DNA of 64,000 bases from Macrostomum lignano (lineage: Eukaryota), in the NCBI GenBank assembly GCA_002269645.1, contig NIVC01000907.1, positions 124,001 to 188,000 on the forward strand. The letters are read 5' to 3'. The position numbers and the translations under genes were made by a program. Positions 35,212 through 48,500 of this stretch are shown piece after piece. Every line of letters starts with the position of its first letter. Position 1 is the stretch's first letter. Below the pieces are notes generated by a model. That model was not told the DNA's origin. It worked only from the letters and a program-made list of their open reading frames with translations, and searched no databases.

Positions 35212-36239
35212 TCAGCTGTCTTCTGCTTCCTCCTCGTCCGCACTGCTACTGGCATCGTCCCCGGTGTTCTGAACATTCTTGAAGAACTCTGGATCTATCC
35301 TAGCCAGCTTCTCGAGCCAGTCGGCCTTCGACAAAGTGTAGGAGCCTCGCAAGAAGCCCTCAGTCTGAGTGGCGTCAACCACGGTCAGACCGCAGCTGGA
35401 TTTGGTCTCGCCCAGGTTTGTGTAGAATCGCTCTAGCTTAGTCGGCAGAGGTGTTCGCTGGCGCCGCCTGCCTCCAGGAGCTGCTGCAGAAGTTGACGCA
35501 GCAGGCGCCTTTGCGACTGTGGTGGCAGCAGCGAAGGTCTTCGATCGCTCCACGTAACGCGGAGTTGAACCGCTTGGTTTTTGCGGCTGTTGCAACCGGT
35601 TTGCTGTCAGGGGTTTTGGCCTGTCTACCGTCTCGGGAGCTTGCAGTCCTGCTGCGGAATTCTGGGGCGGCAGCGGCTGCTGCCTCTCCTGAGCCTTCCT
35701 CGGTGCCCTCTTTCGAGTCGGCGGGCCTAAAAATCTGATGAAATGAAAATATTTTATCAGTCTTACGACATTGCGAGATATTGCGGGGTATTGCGAGACT
35801 ACCTAAGTCTCTAGTGTCTCGAGTCTCGAGTGTCTAAGGAACGAGTGTCGGAGTAACAAAACATCTTAGTGATCATCCAGTTCGGAGCTTCTACTCTGAA
35901 TGGGGGCTAGGATTTGACGCAGCCCATTTTAGCTGTGCAGTAGCCGTGACCGACCCTGCTTGTATAACTTGGAGCGCTGGCCGCGAATGCGCTGACCCAC
36001 GGGCATAACGATCCCCGTTACAGCTTAGCTCAGAGAAGTAGTCTTGAGCCTCACTTGACAGACAGGGGCTCCTCATCCGATGAGCAGCGTCGAATCGACT
36101 TCAGCAGCCGGGAGGTGTTGAGGCGCTCGTTCTCCCAGTCAGCCATGGCGGTCACGTGCTGCCGATGGAGGCTGCCCTGCTGCAGCTGGTACGCCTGCTC
36201 GAGCCGGCTATTCACCGTTAGAAAATTTTTGCCGGGCAT
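35212..36239 (-). CDS. Uncharacterised two-exon protein, about 235 aa (exons 36055-36239, 35212-35734)
   Basis: ATG 36239 follows an acceptor-like site; donor GTGAGG at 36054 and acceptor TTCATCAG at 35735 are both phase 2; the frame stays open to TGA. Helical N-terminus, low-complexity middle, acidic tail. Confidence 0.6.
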
Positions 36240-36805
36240 TTTGTGTGCTACCAGCTGACAGAACGAATTTTGGTATTGTTGTAGTGCAAAACTAAGTGTG
36301 GCGTGATGCGATCCGAGCGTATATACCGGCAAGAGGGTAGCACACGCAGCCACCGCCTGGGCCCAGATGCCAACAGTGTCAATTCTTTGCTGCTTAGTCT
36401 CTTTCACACAATGGATAGCGGCAATTAAGGCGAGACAAGCCCTGCCCACTATGTAATATAACAGAAACAAAAATAGCAATTGAAACTCAAAGAGGGCCGC
36501 CCCCGCTGCGCTCGAGTGTGCTATAAAGGCTACAAGACATTGTTAGCTATTGAAATTGTGTGTTTGCTCCATAAAACCTCCCAGAGTGATTTGCTCGGTC
36601 GCACGTAGCTGCTGCAGCGGCCCAGCTTATCTCTACAAATAGGCTCTTGCAGTTTGGCAGCAACTCCCGCTGAGGCAGGTCTGCGGAGACGCCCGATGCA
36701 GCGCGCATTTCGTTTTGAGAATGCAAAAAGGTCACACAAAAATAAGCTTGAGTAAAAGGCTGATGGGGCAAATATGGATCCAACCAAAACCCGTTATTTT
36801 AAAGA

Positions 36806-37706
36806 GGGCCAATACTTGTAGAGTATGTGAAGGTTGACCAATGCTTGTAGACAGTGTGCAGGGTGACCAATGCTTGTAGAGGGTATGAAGGTTGACCAAT
36901 GCTTGTAGACGGTGTGCAGGGTGACCAATGCTTGTAGACAGTGTGCAGCTGGGTGACCAATGCTTGTAGACGGTGTGCAGGGTGACCAATGCTTGTAGAC
37001 GGTGTGCAGGGTTACCAATGCTTGTAGACGGTGTGCAGGGTGACCAATGCTTGTAGACAGTGTGCAGGGTGATCAATGCTTGTAGACAGTGTGCAGGGTG
37101 ACCAATGCTTGTAGACGGTGTGCAGGGTGACCAATGCTTGTAGACAGTGTGCAGCTGGGTGACCAATGCTTGTAGACAGTGTGCAGGGTGACCAATGCTT
37201 GTAGACAGTGTGCAGGGTGACCAATGCTTGTAGACGGTGTGCACGGTGACCAATGCTTGTAGACGGTGTGCAGGGTGACCAGTGCTTGTAGACGGTGTGT
37301 AGGGTGACCAATGCTTGTAGACGGTGTGCAGGGTGACCAATGCTTGTAGACGGTGTGCAAGGTGACCAATGCTTGTAGACGGCGTGCAGGGTGACCAATG
37401 CTTGTAGACAGTGTGCAGCTGGTGACCAATGCTTGTAGACAGTGTGCAGGGTGACCAATGCTTGTAGACAGTGTGCAGCTGGTGACCAATGCTTGTAGAC
37501 AGTGTGCAGGGTGACCAATGCTTGTAGACAGTGTGCAGGGTGACCAATGCTTGTAGACGGCGTGCAGGGTGACCAATGCTTGTAGACAGTGTGCAGGGTG
37601 ACCAATGCTTGTAGACAGTGTGCAGGGTGACCAATGCTTGTAGACGGCGTGCAGGGTGACCAATGCTTGTAGACAGTGTGCAGGGTGACCAATGCTTGTA
37701 GAGTGT
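36806..37706. repeat. Minisatellite, 29-bp unit GGGTGACCAATGCTTGTAGACAGTGTGCA, about 30 copies
   Basis: Visible periodicity. Confidence 0.95.
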
Positions 37707-37894
37707 TTACCAGACTGCAATTCGTGCAGTGCATTGTTGGATCCTTTTCCATCACACGCAGGCGCTTCTGAAACGCATTGAGCTGGCTATGGTTCCGTCT
37801 GGACTAGTTTATACCAATTAAATAGTTAATATTGAGCAGCCAGTCTTTACATTCATTGCGCTTGTACCAACAATATAAATTTAAATAAATTTTC

Positions 37895-38220
37895 GCAGGA
37901 CTGCGGGCTCCCTGGCGCAACGCATTCGGTAACACCGTCCCACAACCAGCGGTGAGGCGATCTTGCCGATCCCACTGACTCCTGAGCACATACAAAGCGT
38001 ACCAACTTTACGCAGGCACAGCACTCATGCACACGCTCACACAGGGTGCACAGCGGCCCTGACTTTCTAATCGTTAAACATGTACACTCTGTACCTTGGG
38101 GGCTTGACCCTCAGAAGTGTGAATCGCACGAAAACCTCCCGAAAGACAACGCACGAAATCGAACTATTTGGGGGGAGGGGGTCGTGGAGTCGTCGGGCGC
38201 GTTCACCGCTGAGCTGCTCT
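37895..38220 (-). mobile_element. tRNA-derived SINE (family C head) sharing its central domain with family B
   Basis: Minus-strand head with CAGCTCAGCGG (A box) and AGTTCGATTTC (B box); central CCCCCAAGG...GTGTACATG...TAACGAT...AAAGTCAGGGCCGCTGT is shared with the copies at 40166, 60288 and 61190. Confidence 0.6.
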
Positions 38221-39592
38221 CTGCTCTTCCCCTACGCTTGTCTCAAGGACGACCAGAGTTTTAATGGTGTTAATTTTTTTAATTTATTTTTATTTTTAAT
38301 ATATTTATTTTTTTAATAGTGGTAAATTTTTTTTCTCTGAAGATTTGACGTGGCATTCGACTGTCAGTGATATTTGACTTCCAGTAACATTTGACTGTCA
38401 GTGACATTTCATTGCAAGTGACATTTGACTGTTCCTAACTCTAAACCTAACCTAATCCCAAACTCTCACCCTAACCTAAATCTTCGGTAGTTAAATGAGG
38501 GTATACCTAAAAATGAAGTTCTTTCTTTTCTTTAGGAAAAGCCTTACAAAAGTGGCTTTCGGTACCTGAAGCAATGCACAGAGGACCTGTTTTGGCGACC
38601 TTCTAACCAGTTGTGTAATAAGTTGCATATTCTCATGGTCAAGTTACTTACGAGACACGAAGATCCGACCTTGAAGCCATTATAATTAGGTCAAAATGAA
38701 TTGTCGCACAAGGCACTGGCAAGATGTGAAGTGGCGAAACCGGCATCTTCTTTGTCAAGTGGGGAGGGGGGGGCACACGCGGAGACTCGCGCTCAGACTG
38801 ATGAGCTGCTGATCGACAAACTCAAGAAACTGTTCAACTTTTTCGGTGCGTGATCTGGCTGAGGCTTTTCCCACCTCGAGCGCCTAAGCCATGCAGGTGA
38901 TTAATAAGATATCTAATCGATTTTTGGACAAAATTTTCGTGCCGCCTAGTAAGTTTTAGTCTTTGAAGTTATAAGACTGGCTCAGCGGGAAATGTCAAAC
39001 AAGAATTAAAATTGTGGCGAGTGAAAAGAGGGGAATCACCTGCACGTGCTGCTCATATTTGAGCTCTGCGGATGGGTATTTACGAGCCTGTGCCAAATTC
39101 TAGATATTCGAACATTTGTTTCTTTGAGAAAAATAAAACCATTTAGTGCAATGAAGGTCAAGATCGAGGACTGCTGTGACAAAACCATGACGGACAAATG
39201 AAAATCTCAGGTCTGAGTTCGGCCGGGTTGAGAAAAAACCTGCTCTTTATTTTAACGAAGCATTGCAAGCAAAACAGATCAGACAGCTCTATGCTCAATA
39301 CGCGTTTAAACAGACTGGATACTTGAGTAGAGCCATAGTTTGAATATATCCTTCTCAACCCAAGACAAGTAGGCAACTGTGAGGAATGAGCGACAATTGA
39401 CAGGTACAAAGGGTAGCGAGGAGCACAGGCAACTGAACAGGAAATCGCCAGTGTGCCACAAACCGGCTCATGTGATTCGAAGGCCTTTTCCGTTCTCAAC
39501 TGTACTCAACTCGCTTTATCCAACTCCGAGGGCCGAAAACATCCTGAGAATTGGACGAATGTTCTGATTACTTCCCCCGCCTCAGCCTCTGC

Positions 39593-42500
39593 TCACAGCG
39601 CCGACTCTTCCGATGGACTGAGTTTCGGCCGCACCAGGCCGAGGCGCTGCAGGCCGAGCTTCACCGCTGACAGGCGCCGATCCCCGCCGCCAGACGACGC
39701 CGGCTGAGGCGAAGATGGCGACGGCGTCGGCGGCTGCAGCTGCTGCTGAGCGGCGCTCCTAGAAGCTCCGTCGCCAGGAAGATCATCGACTGAAGTCGCG
39801 TCCGAGTGTTCGGGCTGGTTTGGCGGACCAGACTGGTTGACGATCTCCTTGACCAGGTTGAGATCCTCCTTGAGATCAGCCCTGTTGCTCACCAGCTGCG
39901 GGTTCTGGCCGATCTTGCTGAGCCGCTCGGCCGCCACGGACTCCATGGTGCGGCGCATCAGCGGGTAGTTATCCAGCACGGACAGGAAGTTCTCCCGCTC
40001 CAGCGAGTACAGGTTGCAGTAGGTCTCGGCTCGGACGCTGGCCACGCGGCGGGCGTTGGTGAGCAGGCAGATTTCTGAGGGGTGCAAAATGAATAACAAT
40101 GTCCTGAACCAATTTTAGCACCACCATTTTTTGGTATGCATAGATAGAGGCAAGGGGACGACTCTTTGCACCCTGGAGCACTTTAAGCAACATGGTCACA
40201 CAACCGGCGAGAGGCATTACCGCCCATTCTGCCGACTCCCCTGAGCAGGCACACAAGCGCGCGGATACGTACGCAGTCATACGCACAGGCACACACTCAC
40301 GCAGGATTATACAGCGGTCCTGACTATATTTATCGTTAGGCATGTGCACTTCACTCTACCTTGGGGGTTGGCCCTCAAGGACGTTAATTGCACGAGCAGA
40401 GCCATGCCGAGATCCCATTTCAGAGCCAAATTAATGCGACTGCACTGGGAATCGAGCCTGGGCTGCTGGCACATGAGAGCGCCGCGCCAGACCACTGGGC
40501 TACGGCCCCCACCATGTTGCTATGGAAACGGTGTGAACCTACGTAGATCCAGGGACACGCACCCGGGAACTCCAATAAAACATTGAGGGCACTCCAATTT
40601 AATGTCGAGGAACCGAGTAAGACGTCTAGAAATCTAATTTGATTTTCAGGAACTCGATTAGACACCTACATGTAGGACCCCAATTAGATACCCAGAACCT
40701 CAATTGGACACCCCGAACCCCAGTTAATTTTACACACTCAGGACCTCAAAAAGACACCTATAATGACTCCAATTAGACACCCAGGATTTCAATTAGACAC
40801 CACGGACCCCAATTAGACACCCAGGACCCCAATTAGACCACCCAGGACCCCAATTAGACACCCAGGACCCCAATTAGACCACCCAGGACCCCAATTAGAC
40901 ACACAGGGCCCCAGTTAGACACCACGTACCCCAATTAGACACCCAGGACCCCAGTTAGACACCCAGGACCCCAGTTAGACACTCAGGACCCCAGTTAGAC
41001 ACCACGTACCCCAATTAGACCACCCAGGACCCCAGTTAGACACCCAGGACCCCAGTTAGACACCCAGGACTCCAGTTAGACACCCAGGACCCAAGTTAGA
41101 CACCACGTACCCCAATTAGACACCCAGGACCCCAGTTAGACACCCAGGACCCCAGTTAGACACCCAGGACCCCAGTTAGACACCCAGGACCCCAGTTAGA
41201 CACCACGTACCCCAATTAGACACCCAGGACCCCAATTAGACACCCAGGACCCCAGTTAGACACCCAGGACCCCAATTAGACACCCAGGACCCCAGTTAGA
41301 CACCCAGGACCCCAATTAGACACCCAGGACCCCAGTTAGACACCCAGGACCCCAGTTAGACACCCAGGACCCCAATTAGACACCACGTACCCCAATTAGA
41401 CACCCAGGACCCCAGTTAGACACCCAGGACCCCAATTAGACACCACGTACCCCAATTAGACACCCAGGACCCCAGTTAGACACCCAGGACCCCAATTAGA
41501 CACCCAGGACCCCAGTTAGACACCCAGGACCCCAGTTAGACACCCAGGACCCCAATTAGACACCACGTACCCCAATTAGACACCCACGACCCCAGTTAGA
41601 CACCCAGGACCCCAATTAGACACCACGTACCCCAATTAGACACCCAGGACCCCAGTTAGACACCCAGGACCCCAATTAGACACCCAGGACCCCAGTTAGA
41701 CACCCAGGACCCCAGTTAGACACCACGTACCCCAATTAGACACCCAGGACCCCAGTTAGACACCCAGGACCCCAATTAGACACCCAGGACCCCAGTTAGA
41801 CACCCAGGACCCCAGTTAGACACAATTAAGTAAAAGTCTGGTTTCTACTCTGAAAAGAAGGCAGGAAAGACGTTAGTACATCGATATACCGATTCCGCTG
41901 CATGTTTGACAGAAAGTTAAAATTTGCTGGTATTCCAGGAGATGAAGATCATTACTCCTTGACCTAGCTTTAAGTTTAGCTTTTATGCTAGCCTATCTAG
42001 CTTTAGACGCCGAATCATTTTAGAGAATAAAAATGGCCACTTTATACAAAATTTGTGCGTTGAAATTCAATGCTTTTCCGTTTCGCTGAAGTGGGTCTGG
42101 AATGCAGGCAGAGTGCGATAATTCCAGATGGTCAGGAATCAAGTACCGGGCGGATGGGTAAGCAGAATGAGGATTTCTTCCGCCATTCCGCATTCCGGTC
42201 GAGCTGAATTTGGTCGAAATTGCGAGGAATCCGTCAGACTGAACAGAAGCTGCGTAGGCATCGAAAGAAACTTCTTGGCGAATGATCGATCGGAGATCGG
42301 GTACGAGCGAAGGACATTTTCGATATGGAATGCGGTGCATTGGGCCTTAGGGAGTGCATCCCGTATAGTTCGCTTGGCAATCAAGTTCACGTTTGAATCA
42401 AATTACATTCAGGCTTGTTTCAGGCACATTTCAGGTCAGTTTCAGGTCTTGTTCAGGCATACTTCAGGTCAGTTTCAAGCCTCGTTTCAGGCGTACTTCA

Positions 42501-45500
42501 GGTCAGTTCCAGACCTTGGTTACGCATACTTCAGGTCAGTTTGAGGCCTTGGTTAGGCATACTTCAGGTCAGTTTCAGGATTCTTTTTGGTTCAGCAATA
42601 TTTTACTTCAAGACCAACAACGGATCAACTAATTGCTATAATATTTTGAGGGAATCTTGATTCATCTGCTTCTATCCACCTGCTCTGCATTCGAAATTTT
42701 TGTAATCGGCAAGTCAAATCAAGCCTCTGACGGTAAGGCAACCCAGACAAATGAGGGCAAGCGTATACGAGTAGTCAAATCCAAATCTATCAGTTGGCAA
42801 CTTCTTCACCGTGGTGCGAAAATGCAGTAATGAGGGAATCGTCTGATCCAACTAAAAATTATGTAGCGAGATTGCATCAAACAGGCAGCCTTCACTTCGT
42901 ACAACCAAGGTATTGAATTTCTTTATGAAAGCCCAGAGAAGATATAAATTACTGCATTCTCTAACTGCGATACTTATGACTGTTCACCGGTTATTAGACT
43001 GCATTCTCACCTGTTCTTATCTTAATGACTGTTCACCTGTTATTAGACTGCAGCCTCACCTGTTCTTATCTTAATGACTGTTTGTTATTGGATTGCAGCC
43101 TCACCTGTTCTTATCCTAATGATTCTCCCCGTTCCAATTCTCCCCGTCTCCCCGTATGCATTTGCCTGGAACCTATCCGTTCCAGGCAAATGCATGTGCT
43201 CCAACTTCAAACGAATGTGGCCACACGAATCGAGCCATGGGACTCTGGCACTGACGCCTCTAAACTATTGATAGTCTCTGAGTTCCATTCGAATGTTGTT
43301 GTTCATTTGCTCATGAGTTCCATTCGAATGTTGTTGTTCATTTGCTCATGAGTTCCATTCGAATGTTGTTGTTCATTTGCTCATGAGTTCCATTCGAATG
43401 TTGTTGTTCATTTGCTCATGAGTTCCATTCGAATGTTGTTGTTCATTTGCTCATGAGTTCCATTCGAATGTTGTTGTTCATTTGCTCATGAGTTCCATTC
43501 GAATGTTGTTGTTCATTTGCTCATGAGTTCCATTCGAATGTTGTTGTTCATTTGCTCATGAGTTCCATTCGAATGTTGTTGTTCATTTGCTCATGAGTTC
43601 CATTCGAATGTTGTTGTTCATTTGCTCAAAGGCCGACAAGTGCTCAATCAAATCTCACTAAGCCAAGAAGCACGCCATTCCCACTCGCTCACCGCCAAAG
43701 TAGGACCCGTCCGATAGGCTCGTGGCCACCTCTCCGTCCTTGGTGATAATGTCCACGATGCCCTCCTGGATAAAGTACATCTTCGTCCCGATGGTGCCCT
43801 CCTTGATGATGAGGTCGCCAGGTTGGAAAACTTCGTATTTAAGCCGGGTGACGACCTCGGAGACGAAGTCCTGGTCAGCGTAGGTGAAGAAGGGCACGGC
43901 TGCCACCAGGGCGCGGCAGTTGTAGTTGATGATTTGCTGCGGGCGGGCAAGTTAAAAGTCCAACTGAAATCATGCCTCTCCCTCTCTCCCTCTTCTCCCC
44001 CTCCTCTCCCCCTCCTCTCCCCCTCCTCTCCCACTCCTCTCTCTCTCTCCCTCCTCTCCCGCTCCTCTCCCCCTCCTCTCCCCCTCCTCTCCCACTCCTC
44101 TCTCTCTCTCTCCCTCTCTCCCTCCTCTCCCTCTCTCCCTCCTCCATCTCCTCTCCCCTCCTCTCCCCCTCCTCTCCCCTCCTCTCCCTCTCTCCCTCCT
44201 CTCCCCCTCCTCCCTCCCTCCTCTCCCCTCCTCTCTCTCTCCCTCCTCCATCTCCTCTCCCCTCCTCTCTCTCTCTCCCTCCTCTCCACCTCCTCCCCCC
44301 TCCTCTCCACCTCCTCCCCCTCCTCTCCCCTTCCTCTCTCCCTTCTTTCTCCTTCCTCTCTCCCTCCTCTCTCCCTCCTCTCTCCCTCCTCTCTCTATTC
44401 TCGCTCTCTCTTCTGTATGCCTCCATTCCGCCGCCAATCTCTTTTTTTAAACTAAGAAGGCATTCGTTCAGGCCGTAAAATATAGCATAAACGGACATTT
44501 AAAAAACAGATTTACAGGGAGAAAGCTAAATTTATGACAACTTAATGAAAAAAATATAGATTTTCCACAGGAACTCCAGATATAGAAACTGAAATAGGGG
44601 ATTTTTTACGAATCTGTGCACTTTATGAAGTGGCCTTCAAATCCCCCCAGAAGAAAGAAAAGGCACAGCGACCAGCATGCAGTCATTCGGCAGATCTTCA
44701 ACAGACTCTGGTGTGGCTATAACACCTGCTATCTTGCAGCCAATTAAATGCCGCTTGCAATTAATTAAAAGAGGTTACGTGAGCCGCTCAACCGGCATGC
44801 GATGCTCTGACGAAGCTGGAGAAGATGCTAAATCATGGACTTCAGCTTGAGCAGGCAGATAGTTGGCTACAGGAGGAGCTAATGAACCGAAAACTCAAGC
44901 GGCTTAAGTGACTCTGACAAGTGTTCTCAAATCGAGCCCTCGCCCAGGCTGCTCACCTCTCTGAGGCACTCGGACAGCTCACTGAGAATTTCGCTCTCGT
45001 TGAACATCTTGCCCTGATACCTGTGCTCGTAGTAGTTGGCTATGCGCTGTCTGAGCGCCCTGGGCAGCTTGCGGTAGGCCATGTACTCTTCCACCTGCTT
45101 GAACTGCGGGTGGCGAGCGGAGAGATTAGGTATGGAATGGGTATGAGGGTATATGGGTATCTGGATGTATGGGTATGAGGGTATGTATGTATGTATGTAT
45201 GAGGGTATGTGGGTATGTGGGTATGTGGGTATGAGGGTATGAGGGTATGTGGGTATGAGGGTATGTGGGTATGTGGGTATGAAGGTATGTGAGTATGAGG
45301 GTATGTGGGTATGTGGGTATGAGGGTATGAGGGTATGTGGGTATGAAGGTATGTGGGTATGAGGGTATGTGGGTATGTGGGTATGTGGGTATGTGGGTAT
45401 GTGGGTATGAAGGTATGTGGGTATAAGGGTATGTGGGTATGTGGGTATGTGGGTATGAGGGTATGAGGGTATGTGGGTATGAAGGTATGTGTGTATGAGC

Positions 45501-48500
45501 CATGAGGGTATGTGGGTATGTGGGTATGAGGGTATGTGGGTATAAAGGTATGTGGGTATGAGGGTATGTGGGTATGTGGGTATGTGGGTATGTGGGTATG
45601 AGGGTATGAGGGTATGTGGGTATGAAGGTAAGTGGGTATGAGGGTATGTGGGTATGTGGGTATGTGGGTATGTGGGTATGTGGGTATGAGGGTATGAGGG
45701 TATGTGGGTATGTGGGTATGTGGGTATGAGGGTATGAGGGTATGTGGGTATGAAGGTATGTGGGTATGAGCCATGAGGGTATGTGGGTATGTGGGTATGT
45801 GGGTATGAGGGTATGTGGGTATGTGGGTATGTGGGTATGTGGGTATGAGGGTATGTGGGTATGAGGGTATGTGGGTATGAGGGTATGTTGGTATGAAGGT
45901 ATGTGGGTATGAGGGTATGTGGGTATGAAGGTATGTGGGTATGAGGATATGTGGGTATGTGGGTATGAGGGTTTGTTTGTATGTGGGTATGTGGGTATGA
46001 GGGTATGTGGGTATGTGGGTATGTGGGTATTTGTATCTTGGTATCTGAGTGATCAGATATGAGGGTATGTGGGTATCTATGTATCTAGGTTTCATGGGTA
46101 TCTAGGTATAATATGGTATAATGTATAATATATCCATTAAAGATTTAGGTATGTACTTAAAGGTATCTGTTTTTTATCAGGATTCTGAGTGTCTAAATTA
46201 GTAATTAAGCATTGATTTTTCTAAAAATGGCAAATTGCTCATACTTACCTGAGTATCTCGATTTTAATGTAATAATTAAGATGTTTGGTTATATAGGTTT
46301 CTGGACTATGTGCAACTGGGGTATTTCGTGATTCAGACATGCAGAAGTTTTTTACAAAGGGCTTAAGTTGCCATGTATGGCCTGGTTGATTTGGCATGTC
46401 TTGTTGCCTCAGTGCCTGTGCATGCCTGATGCCTGGGTGTCACTCACTCAAGCAGCCAGTTAGCCTTGGAGACCCTCCTAGAGGCTCAGTGAGCAGCGCA
46501 GCAGCTCCAGTGGGACGCTCACCTTCTCTCTATAGAGACGCTTCGACGTATCGAAGCTCTGGATGAGGGCGGCGGCGTGGCCCACGAACAGCGCGTAGCA
46601 GGATGAGCCGGTCATCATGCTGACGATGGTGATCCAGGCCTCGCTGATGCTGGTTGGCGGGTGCTGGCCGTAGCCAATGCTCAGCATGTGACTCATGGCT
46701 TTGAACAGGGCCCAGGTGTACTGCCGGAACCAGTGCGCCTCCTGAGGATAAACGTTTGAGATAGGATTTTAGAGTTTTGAACCGTAGATGATTCTACTTA
46801 GATAAGTCAGTTTAATAGCATTGCGGTAGCCTAGTTTTAGTAACAGTTGGCCTCACTGCGGTGTTAAGTAACTACACTGTGGGAATTCGATCTGTTTTTT
46901 TCAACCGGATTCAAACTACGGGGTTTGGTTGTGCAGCTTAACAGCCAGCTAAAAGAAAGGTTTGTGCGTGGTAGGATTTGGATGGGTGGGGGTTTGTGCG
47001 GGACAGGATTTGGAGGGGTGGGTGTAGATGTATGTGCAGTAGGAGCTGGGGGTGGGGGATGCGCGGGGCAGGAGTTGGTGGGGTGGGATATGTGCGGGGC
47101 AGGAGTTGGAAGGGTGGGGTATGTGTGGGGCAGGAGTTGGAGGGGTGGGGTATGTGCGGGGTAAGGAGTTGGAGGGGAGGCAGTTTGCGCGGGGCAGGAG
47201 TTGGAGGGGTGGGGTATGTGCGGGTTAGGAGTTGGAGGGGAGGCAGTTTGCGCAGGGCAGGAGTTGGAGGGGTGGGGTATGTGCGGGGTAAGGAGTTGGA
47301 GGGGAGGCAGTTTGCGCAGGGCAGGAGTTGGAGGGGTGGGGTATGTGCGGGGTAAGGAGTTGGAGGGGAGGCAGTTTGCGCAGGGCAGGAGTTGGAGGGG
47401 TGGGGTATGTGCGGGGTAAGGAGTTGGAGGGGAGGCAGTTTGCGCAGGGCAGGAGTTTGAGGGGTGGAGTATGTGCGGGGTAAGGAGTTGGAGGGGAGGC
47501 AGTTTGCGCAGGGCAGGAGTTGGAGGGGTGGGGTATGTGCGGGGTAAGGAGTTGGAGGGGAGGCAGTTTGCGCAGGGCAGGAGTTTGAGGGTGGGGTATG
47601 TGCGGGGTAAGGAGTTGGAGGGGAGGCAGTTTGCGCAGGGCAGGAGTTTGAGGGGTGGAGTATGTGCGGGGTAAGGAGTTGGAGGGGAGGCAGTTTGCGC
47701 AGGGCAGGAGTTGGAGGGGTGGGGTATGTGCGGGGTAAGGAGTTGGAGGGGAGGCAGTTTGCGCAGGGCAGGAGTTTGAGGGGTGGGGTATGTGCGGGGT
47801 AAGGAGTTGGAGGGGAGGCAGTTTGCGCAGGGCAGGAGTTTGAGGGGTGGGGTATGTGCGGGGTAAGGAGTTGGAGGGGAGGCAGTTTGCGCAGGGCAGG
47901 AGTTGGAGGGGTGGGGTATGTGCGGGTTAGGAGTTGGAGAGAGTTGGAAGTTGGAGCCCACATGTATGGTCAGTTTAATGCTAAAGAAGAGACCACTAGA
48001 CCAGATTGAATATTTACTATCGATGATGTAATTCTGTAGGTTAATAAGTTGCATATCAGATCGTTTGGAGATGCTGGTGCAGTTTTTAATTTCGCTTTTT
48101 AAAAGTGAGCCAATTCAGCACGGATCAACAGTGCAGTTAAAAGATTGTCCACGTCCACAACAGTAAAAAACAAAAGTAGCACATAGACAGGAGGGCGGCG
48201 CTTCAAAAAAATATTGCAGATATCATGCTAAAGAGGTGCAAAAAATTAAAATTCCAGGTGAGTAGTATCTATCGATGCTTTGATGCTTTGACCTGCAACC
48301 CCTAAGGGCCCATGGCGTGTACATGCCTTGTGATGACAAGTAATTTTATATGTACACGCATCCCTGTGCGAGCTGAGTGCTTGCGTCCGCGTGTATTCAC
48401 GTGTGTGCCCAGAGGTCGACGGAGTGTTCTTAATACGCCTCTTCGCTTCCAACACCTGCAGCCCCCCGTCACGAGCAAAAACTGGTTTCTTCGGGTTTAG

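Noticed and set aside
36732-37755. Cys/His-rich repetitive ORFs
   Set aside because: Translations of the 29-bp minisatellite
43280-43628. 35-bp repeats resembling a CRISPR array
   Set aside because: Units are head-to-tail with no unique spacers, lie in a eukaryotic intron, and there are no cas genes
43648-48054. Pro-, Ser-, His- or Glu-rich ORFs of 150-396 aa
   Set aside because: They arise from intronic CT, GGGTATGT and 64-bp repeats; only the embedded HCN exons are supported
48300-48470. Degenerate SINE copy just downstream of S5 exon c
   Set aside because: Similarity is limited to a short GTGTACATGCC segment, too weak to support
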